Assembly: GCA_963823655.1 (NCBI GenBank)
Contig: CAWGMK010000013.1
Coordinates: 466,912 to 530,911 of the forward strand
Reading direction: 5' to 3'
Source of the DNA: an uncultured Bacillota bacterium
Lineage (GTDB): Bacteria > Bacillota > DTU025 > MWDF01
DNA length: 64,000 nt
The translations under genes were made by a program, and so were the position numbers. Numbering within the stretch: position 1 is the first letter of the stretch; the number at the start of each line of letters is the position of its first letter. The notes under the pieces are model-generated. The model saw only the letters and a list, made by a program, of their open reading frames with translations. It was not told where the DNA came from and made no database searches. Shown in pieces: positions 57,092 through 64,000 of the stretch.

Positions 57092-57409
57092 TTACTTAAG
57101 CAGGCCCTTTGCCTTCGAATCAAGCGTCGTTGCGGGCGTTACGCCCACCATCTTGTCGACTGCCTTGCCATCCTTGAAGTAGATGAGAGTGGGTATGCTC
57201 TGTACTCCGAACTGCTGGGCGGTTGTTACATGATCGTCAACGTTGATCTTGCATATCTTCACATCCGCGTTCAATGTTGAAAGCTTGTCGAGTTCGGGTG
57301 CCTGCATACGGCAAGGGCCGCACCAGGGTGCCCAGAAGTCCACCAGGACGAGTCCCTTGTGGTCCAGAACTTCCGCCTTGAAATTGCTGTCATTGATCTC
57401 ATGTGCCAT
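57092..57409 (-). CDS. trxA: Thioredoxin
   Basis: VDFWAPWCGPC and SIPTL. Confidence 0.94.
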   Translation of the reverse strand: MAHEINDSNFKAEVLDHKGLVLVDFWAPWCGPCRMQAPELDKLSTLNADVKICKINVDDHVTTAQQFGVQSIPTLIYFKDGKAVDKMVGVTPATTLDSKAKGLLK

Positions 57410-57473
57410 TCGTATCACCTATCCTTTTTTATTAACGAGTTATTAAATGATTATATCATTTCTCGTTTACAAA

Positions 57474-58220
57474 TTATACTTCGCAGGCATCCAGTTCTCC
57501 TGCTATATACATCACTGCCGCCCCCGCGGCGACAGGAGCCGTCTCCGTTCTGAGTATCCTCGGCCCGAGGCTGATCGTCAGCGCCCCCAGAGACCTTGCA
57601 TGTTCGGCCTCCTTAGTAGTAATGCCACCTTCAGGGCCTATTACCAGGCATATTTCGCCCGCTTCCCTAATGCTTTCCTCAATATCACGGAGCGACTTCG
57701 ACCTCTCCTCTTCCCAGAACATGAGGATCAGCGCGCCTCGCTTCGATGCGGACTCAAGTGCTTTGCCCAGCTCAACGACATCTTCTACCACAGGAACCTT
57801 CATACGGCCGCTCTGCTTTGCCGCTTCATGGGAAAGTTTGCGCCATCTTGCAAGCTTTCCGGCAGAAACATCCCGCACAATGCACCTTTCGGTGAGCGCC
57901 GGGACGAAAGATGCAAAGCCCAATTCTGTGCACTTCTCAATGATGTAGTCCATCTTCTGGCCCTTGGGCAGACCCTGAACGAGTGAATACACCTTGGAGG
58001 TCTCCGTGAAAAACCCCGAACTTGCGGCGTTTTCCAGCATGACCGAACCGTCCTCGAAACCAACTATCGCACAAGTCGCGGGCTCGCCCTCCGGCAGCAC
58101 TATGTCAAGCTTGTCGCCCGGCTTCTTCCTCAGGACCATCTGTATGTGCCTGGCGTCCTCGCCCTCAATGGCAAGCCGGCCGCTAAGATCTTTTGCCTTC
58201 TGGGCGAAAAACCTCCTCAT
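57474..58220 (-). CDS. rsmE: 16S rRNA m3U1498 methyltransferase
   Basis: HIQMVLR, EKCTELG, EAAKQSGR, IGPEGG and LGPRILRTETA. Confidence 0.94.
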   Translation of the reverse strand: MRRFFAQKAKDLSGRLAIEGEDARHIQMVLRKKPGDKLDIVLPEGEPATCAIVGFEDGSVMLENAASSGFFTETSKVYSLVQGLPKGQKMDYIIEKCTELGFASFVPALTERCIVRDVSAGKLARWRKLSHEAAKQSGRMKVPVVEDVVELGKALESASKRGALILMFWEEERSKSLRDIEESIREAGEICLVIGPEGGITTKEAEHARSLGALTISLGPRILRTETAPVAAGAAVMYIAGELDACEV

Positions 58221-59158
58221 TTGCCCGGTTTCCTTGCCACAAGGCATACCCAGTCGCCCTCTTGCGCCCTGTCCGCTATCTCAAGCCCCGAGCGCTCCAA
58301 TGCGGATTTTACATCAGGCTCTGTCTTCTGGATGTAGCCGGAAGTGATGAAAATTCCACCAGGGCTCAACAGCGCTGCCGCCGGTCCCGTCATATCTATC
58401 ACAGGGCCTGCCAGTATGTTCGCCACGATTACGTCGAACGGGCCCGCCTGCCCCTTCAGAAGGTCGCCTTTGACGACTTTGACCTTGTCAGCGACCTTAT
58501 TTACGCTGACATTATCGGAGGCGCATTTGACCGCCACCTGGTCGATATCAATTGCTACCACCACGCCCGCTCCAAGCATCGCCGACGCTATTGCCAGGAT
58601 GCCGGTGCCAGTGCCTACATCAAGGACCCTCTCGCCGCCTTTGATGTACTTCTCTAGCATGTGGGCACACCCTGCCGTAGTAGCGTGTTGCCCCGTCCCG
58701 AAGGCCTGGCCCGGGTCTAACCTAATAACAAGGTCCTCCGGCAGGGCATCAGGGTTCTCCCAAGTTGGGCTTACAAGCAGCTTGGATCCCAGCCTGAAGG
58801 GCTTGAAGCTCTGTTTCCACCCCGTCCATTCGGCTTCGTCAACCATGCGCACATTAATGCTTATGACATCCTGACCTGTGCTGCTGCAGTTAATCTCCTT
58901 GTCCAGTCTCTTTCTCATCTCGCTAAGAAGTGCTGCAAGCTCCGCTTCGTCGTCCGGGGCAAAGAAGCGCACAATGGCGTTGCCTTCCCTTTTCATGCTC
59001 CCCAGTTCCAATTCAGAAAGCCCGCCATCCCTCTTTGCCTCGTCTATAAGGGAGGGGTCTAGAACTGCAACTCCCGCCGGGGCGTAATCCGATGCGATCG
59101 ACGCTACCTCCTCGGCCGCGTTGCACTTCACCTCTATGCTAATTTCTGCCCATCTCAT
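58217..59158 (-). CDS. prmA: Ribosomal protein L11 methyltransferase
   Basis: LDPGQAFGTGQHATT, DVGTGTGILA and ANILA. Confidence 0.94.
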   Translation of the reverse strand: MRWAEISIEVKCNAAEEVASIASDYAPAGVAVLDPSLIDEAKRDGGLSELELGSMKREGNAIVRFFAPDDEAELAALLSEMRKRLDKEINCSSTGQDVISINVRMVDEAEWTGWKQSFKPFRLGSKLLVSPTWENPDALPEDLVIRLDPGQAFGTGQHATTAGCAHMLEKYIKGGERVLDVGTGTGILAIASAMLGAGVVVAIDIDQVAVKCASDNVSVNKVADKVKVVKGDLLKGQAGPFDVIVANILAGPVIDMTGPAAALLSPGGIFITSGYIQKTEPDVKSALERSGLEIADRAQEGDWVCLVARKPGK

Positions 59159-59163
59159 ATTGG

Positions 59164-60348
59164 CTATCTCTTCTTCCTTCCCAAGAGCCTGTCCAGCACG
59201 CCCTGCTCCTCGTTGACCGAGTAGCCGCCTGCTTCTGCAAGCTGCCTGTAAAGCTCCTTTTCCTTCGCGTTGAGCTTATCAGGCGTCCTAACTTTTATAA
59301 GAACCCTCATGTCCCCGACGGCGCCGCCGCGGACATTGGGCAATCCTTTTCCCTTTATATTCAGCACTTTTCCGGTTTGCGTACCGGAGGGCACTTTCAA
59401 TTCCACATCATCGGTGAGCGTGCCCACCTTCAGCGATGCTCCCAGCGCCGCCTGGGGAAAGGAAATCTCCTGCTCCTGAACCAGGTCATTTCCCTGGCGC
59501 GTGAACTTCTCGTGCGGTTTCACCTTGATATGTACCAAAGCATCGCCAGCGTTGCCGCCCCTGGAGCCAGCGTGGCCCTGCCCTGCGGCCCTTACGACCA
59601 TGCCGTTGTCGACGCCAGCCGGTATCTTCACATTAATCGTGGCGCTGCGCCTGAGCCTTCCCTGACCGTCGCAATCGGGGCACGGCTCCTGTATGAAGCT
59701 GCCTGTGCCTGCGCACTGCCCGCAGGGCATAACGCTTTGCATGGTGCCAAGGAATGTCTGCTGGTAGCTTCTCACCTGCCCTGTGCCGTTGCACTTCGGG
59801 CATTTCTGCGGCTTTGTTCCGGGCTTTGCACCGCTTCCGGAGCATGTAGCACAACTTTCGACCCTGTTAAGTTCGAAGCTCCTCTCGGTTCCCGTCAGCA
59901 CTTCAGACAAAGTTAGGTCGGCCAGCACTTCAATGTCCGCGCCCTCGGCAGGCCCTCTCCTCTGGCCTCCACCGAAACCGCCGAAAGCGCCTCCGAATGC
60001 GCCGCCGAAGAACTGGTTGAATATGTCGAAGGGGTTGACGTCGGAGAAATCACCGTTGCCGAAACCGCGCTCCGAATCGTGCCCGTACTGGTCGTACCTT
60101 GACCTTTTCTCGGGGTCCGATAGGACGCTATAGGCCTCGTTTATTTCCTTGAACCTCTCCTCTGCGCCCGGATCCCCGGGGTTCGCGTCCGGATGGTGCT
60201 GCCTTGCTAGCTTTCGGTAGGCCGCCTTAATGTCCGTATCCGCGGAAGCTTTATCGACGCCTAATACCTCGTAGTAATCCCTCTTGTCAGCCGTCTTGAA
60301 CACCGCCTGTCGAATATTCTTGAGCACAATGGGCACCATAATGCCCAA
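59164..60348 (-). CDS. dnaJ: Chaperone DnaJ (start codon uncertain)
   Basis: KRDYYEVLGV, HPD, G/F region and four CxxCxGxG repeats. Confidence 0.95.
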   Translation of the reverse strand: MGIMVPIVLKNIRQAVFKTADKRDYYEVLGVDKASADTDIKAAYRKLARQHHPDANPGDPGAEERFKEINEAYSVLSDPEKRSRYDQYGHDSERGFGNGDFSDVNPFDIFNQFFGGAFGGAFGGFGGGQRRGPAEGADIEVLADLTLSEVLTGTERSFELNRVESCATCSGSGAKPGTKPQKCPKCNGTGQVRSYQQTFLGTMQSVMPCGQCAGTGSFIQEPCPDCDGQGRLRRSATINVKIPAGVDNGMVVRAAGQGHAGSRGGNAGDALVHIKVKPHEKFTRQGNDLVQEQEISFPQAALGASLKVGTLTDDVELKVPSGTQTGKVLNIKGKGLPNVRGGAVGDMRVLIKVRTPDKLNAKEKELYRQLAEAGGYSVNEEQGVLDRLLGRKKR

Positions 60349-60373
60349 GCACCCCTTATTTGATCATCAAATT

Positions 60374-61417
60374 CTACTTTTCGAAGCTTGCCCTTTCGAG
60401 CAGCTCGCTAATCCCCTCGGCCATGAACCTTACTAGGGCGATTGCCTTTGAGTAATCCATCCTGGTAGGCCCGACCACGCCGATTGTGCCAATAACTCTG
60501 CCCGGCTGGCCGTAGCTTGCGGTGACCAACGAACAGTCCTTCAGCTCCTCTTGTGCGTTCTCAGAACCTATCCTCACATTTATGCCCGCCCTGTCGCCCG
60601 ACATCACATTTAGAAGGTGCGCTTGCGATTCCAGGAGCCTTAGCACCGGCCTTGCGCGTTCGATCTGCTTGAACTCGGGCTGGTCCAGGAAATAGGCGAT
60701 GCCTTCGGTGTGGACCCTCTCCTCTGGCTGGCACATGCCTGAGTTGGTGAGTATTTCCAGCGCTTGGCTCACAAGGTCGGAATAGGCAGAAAGCTCGGTC
60801 CTTATGTTCCTTATGACATGCCTTGTCAGCTCTGTGAACGACAAGTTCCTCAGGTGTTTGTTTAGTATTGCCGTAACCCTGTCCAAATCGTTCTGGCTGA
60901 GGGAATTCTCCACGCTCAGCAGCCTGTGCTCAATTGCCCCAGAGGATGTCACGACTATCATCATTATGTCAGCGTCGCTAATGGTCGCCAGCTGGACATG
61001 CTTTATTATCCCGCATTGCATGCCGGGCGAAAGCACCACTGCCGCGCAGTTGGCAAGCTCCGCCAGGACTTTCGCCGCCGCCCTAGACAGGGACTGTATT
61101 TCACCCCTGCGCCTGGAGTATTCGGCAAGGACCCTTTGCATGTCGTCTTTAGCGAGGGGCCTATCCTTCATAAGAACGTCTACGTAGAACCTGTAGCCCT
61201 TCTCGGAGGGCACCCTGCCGGCGGAAGTATGAGGCTGTTCCAAGTAGCCCTCGTACTCCAAATCCGCCATCTCATTCCTGATCGTAGCTGCGGACAGCTC
61301 TGTCAGGTATTTCCTTGAAATGGTACGCGAACCTACAGGCTCTGCCGTGGATACGTAATCCTCGGTAATAGCCTGGAGAATGCCCTTTTTCCTGCTGTTC
61401 ATCCCTGTTTCCGGCAT
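60374..61417 (-). CDS. hrcA: Heat-inducible transcription repressor
   Basis: EPVGSR, SAATIRNEMADLE, PHTSAGRVPS and GPTRMDY. Confidence 0.95.
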   Translation of the reverse strand: MPETGMNSRKKGILQAITEDYVSTAEPVGSRTISRKYLTELSAATIRNEMADLEYEGYLEQPHTSAGRVPSEKGYRFYVDVLMKDRPLAKDDMQRVLAEYSRRRGEIQSLSRAAAKVLAELANCAAVVLSPGMQCGIIKHVQLATISDADIMMIVVTSSGAIEHRLLSVENSLSQNDLDRVTAILNKHLRNLSFTELTRHVIRNIRTELSAYSDLVSQALEILTNSGMCQPEERVHTEGIAYFLDQPEFKQIERARPVLRLLESQAHLLNVMSGDRAGINVRIGSENAQEELKDCSLVTASYGQPGRVIGTIGVVGPTRMDYSKAIALVRFMAEGISELLERASFEK

Positions 61418-61437
61418 TTCGCGCCTCCACTGGGGCT

Positions 61438-61464
61438 TTGGCACTCTGCCTTGCCGAGTGCTAA
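61438..61464 (-). promoter_or_regulatory. CIRCE element (HrcA operator)
   Basis: TTAGCACTC-N9-GAGTGCCAA, one mismatch to the consensus. Confidence 0.92.
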
Positions 61465-61468
61465 ACAT

Positions 61469-61497
61469 AAACTACAATAACACGGGGAACATGTCAA
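61469..61497 (-). promoter_or_regulatory. SigA-type promoter of hrcA
   Basis: TTGACA-17 nt-TAGTTT immediately upstream of CIRCE. Confidence 0.65.
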
Positions 61498-61508
61498 GAA
61501 GACAGGGG

Positions 61509-62675
61509 CTAAACAAGCTTGCAGAACAAGGAGTTGGAGAGCATGAAGCCCTTATCGGTAAGTGTAATGTTGCCGTTGTCCCTAACTAAAAGAAGCCCGT
61601 TGGCCTTCCCCCAAGCCAGGGCCTTCATGTTTTCGTCGGTCAGCCGCTCATGGTACCTCTCCTCTATATCGGAAAGGCTTGCGCCGGCTACAGTCCTTAG
61701 AGACATGATGAGCGCGTCAGACATCGCCTTTGCCCTGTCGAGGGCCTCAAAGCCCTCCTCGCAGGAAAGCCCCGCCTCTGCGAGCTTTATGTAAGCGTCC
61801 GGGTCCTTTATGTTCCAGGATCTGACCAGCTTCCCGGGGTCGTAGGAGTGTGCCGCAACGCCTATGCCAAGATAGGGCATATCGGACCAATAGGCCAGGT
61901 TGTGAAGAGATTCGAAGCCGGGTTTGGCGAAATTGGACACTTCATATCTCAAAAGCCCCATGCCCTCCAGCCACTCTCGGGAGATATCTAGAAGGTCAGC
62001 TACGGTGTCATCATCAGGGACCTGTATAAGCCCCGCTTCCACCTGGGCCTTCAATGGGGTGCTATCCTCAAGGCTCAGCCCGTAACAGGAAACATGCTCG
62101 GGCCCTAGGGCCGCTATGCCCTTGAGGGTCTCGATCAGGCTGTCCGCATTCTGCCCTGGCAGTCCGACTATGATGTCAACGGAGACCGATCGGGGCTTCG
62201 CACACCTGGCGGCGGCGAAGGCTAGTTCCGCGTCCTCCGCAGAGTGTATCCTGCCAATAGATTTAAGCTCAGAATCCACAAGGGATTGCACCCCTATGGA
62301 GAACCTGGTTATACCCGATTTTACAAGGCTTGATGCGCTTCTGTGGTTAAAAGTGCCGGGGTTGGCCTCCACGCTTGCTTCAAGGGGAATACCCCAGCCA
62401 AGAGACGACATGCAGGAAATGGAGTCGGATACGAGCCTTTCAAGCTCGCCGTCCTTCAGCATTGTGGGAGTGCCTCCGCCTATGAAAAGGGTCCAGCCTT
62501 CGAAGCCCTCGGGCCGCTCAAATGCCCTGCGGCCCAGCTCCGAAAGCGCTGCTGTCACATATGATGCGGCAAGTACTGCCTCCGGCCTGCCCGGATAGGA
62601 AACGAAGGCGCAGTAGCTGCATTTTTTAAGGCAGAAGGGTACATGTATGTAGACGCCAAGGCGCCTTTGGCTCAC
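61509..62675 (-). CDS. hemW: Radical SAM heme chaperone HemW (HemN-like)
   Basis: [32 protein letters not shown] and HNLAYW; lies between lepA and hrcA. Confidence 0.9.
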   Translation of the reverse strand: MSQRRLGVYIHVPFCLKKCSYCAFVSYPGRPEAVLAASYVTAALSELGRRAFERPEGFEGWTLFIGGGTPTMLKDGELERLVSDSISCMSSLGWGIPLEASVEANPGTFNHRSASSLVKSGITRFSIGVQSLVDSELKSIGRIHSAEDAELAFAAARCAKPRSVSVDIIVGLPGQNADSLIETLKGIAALGPEHVSCYGLSLEDSTPLKAQVEAGLIQVPDDDTVADLLDISREWLEGMGLLRYEVSNFAKPGFESLHNLAYWSDMPYLGIGVAAHSYDPGKLVRSWNIKDPDAYIKLAEAGLSCEEGFEALDRAKAMSDALIMSLRTVAGASLSDIEERYHERLTDENMKALAWGKANGLLLVRDNGNITLTDKGFMLSNSLFCKLV

Positions 62676-64000
62676 TCCTCGTCCTCCCCTGCCGATAGAA
62701 CAGCCATGAAGGCCTCCTGAGGAATCTCGACGTTTCCGACCTGCTTCATCCTCTTCTTGCCCTCCTTCTGCTTCTCCAGCAGCTTCCTCTTGCGGCTGAT
62801 GTCGCCGCCGTAACACTTGGCCAGCACGTCCTTCCTCATCGCCTTCACTGTCTCCCTGGCGATGACCCTTGCGCCGACTGCTGCCTGAACGGGCACATCG
62901 AACATCTGCCTGGGGATAATCTTCCTCAGCTTAGAAACGAGGATCCGTCCTCTGGACACGGAGGATTTATATGGACAATCGAGGAAAGGGCATCCAGCGG
63001 CCTTTCGTTAACAAGCACGTCGAGTTTTACCAGCCTCGCCGCCCTGTACTCCATCAGCTCGTAGTCCATCGAGGCATAGCCTCTAGTCTTGCTCTTGAGC
63101 TTGTCGAAGAAGTCGTAGAGAATCTCTGCGAGCGGCATCTCGAACTGCATGCTTACCCTGTTGGGCGAAAGAAAGCTCATGTCCTTGTATATGCCGCGCC
63201 TTTCGATGGAAAGCGTCATAACAGCCCCAATGTATTCCGAGGGAGTCAGCACAGTAAGCCTGACTATGGGTTCCGCTATCTGCTCGATCTCGGCGACCGA
63301 GGGCAAAGCTGCGGGGTTATCTATCCAAATCTCACCCCCATTGGTCTTGGTCACCTGATAGATGACCGAAGGGGCTGTTGTGATGATGTCCATGTCGTAT
63401 TCGCGCTCAAGCCTTGCCTGCACAATTTCAAGGTGAAGAAGGCCTAAGAATCCGCATCTGAAACCGAAGCCGAGCGCCGCCGAGCTTTCAGGTTCGAAGG
63501 AGAGGGCCGCATCGTTTAGCTTCAGCTTCTCGAGCGCTTCTCTTAAAAGGCCGTATTCGTTGTTCTCGACGGGGTAAAGCCCTGTGTATACCATAGGGTG
63601 CACCTGTCTGTAGCCGGGGAGCGGATCTATGGCAGGGTTTGCCGCAAGCGTGACGGTATCTCCAACCCTTGAGTCTGACATGGTCTTTATCTGCGCCGCT
63701 ATGTAGCCTACCTCGCCTGCTCCGAGGCTGAGCATAGGCTTCATCTCTGGTATGAATACGCCGACTTCAATCACATCGAACTCCATGCCGGTGCTCATCA
63801 TCCTGATCTTGTCGCCGGGCTTCACTGTGCCTTCCATCACCCTGAGATATGTGATGACGCCCTTGTAGGGGTCAAAGTGGGAGTCGAATATCAAAGCCTT
63901 TAGCTTGTCGTCCTGGTCGCCCTTCGGGGGGCTGACGCGATCTACTATCGCCCTTAAAACCGCCTCCATGTTTCGCCCGTCTTCGCGCTTATCCTTATCA
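62672..64000 (-). CDS. lepA: Translation elongation factor 4, 5' truncated by window (frameshifts near 62955 and 63975)
   Basis: [24 protein letters not shown] and [31 protein letters not shown]. Confidence 0.95.

Overview
Chromosomal segment of a moderately GC-rich Bacillota (Firmicutes)-type bacterium; the taxon is inferred from gene order, CIRCE and PyrR elements. Positions ~17-64 kb form one co-directional minus-strand block of housekeeping genes: lepA-hemW-hrcA-dnaJ-prmA-rsmE, mtaB-HIT-rpsU, nfeD-floA, phoH-pgpH-ybeY-cdd-era, queA-tgt-yajC-secDF, recJ-rel-dtd-hisS, a PyrR-attenuated pyr operon, 6S RNA and rarA. Positions 1-17 kb are accessory metabolic and signalling genes. Many genes, including conserved ones, are split by indels, often in homopolymers, which points to long-read assembly error rather than pseudogenes. 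The best candidate novel system is at 14.2-17.0 kb: a conserved-looking hypothetical protein, an unannotated 30-aa signal-peptide-like ORF, a multi-TM HD-GYP phosphodiesterase and a DUF5317-like membrane protein with a signal-peptidase-II-like Asp pair. This suggests peptide signalling wired to c-di-GMP. Other oddities: hrcA-dnaJ without grpE-dnaK, RarA with a degenerate Nudix-like tail, three tandem paralogous lipoproteins, and a structured queT leader. All family assignments come from motif recognition by eye; no database searches were run.
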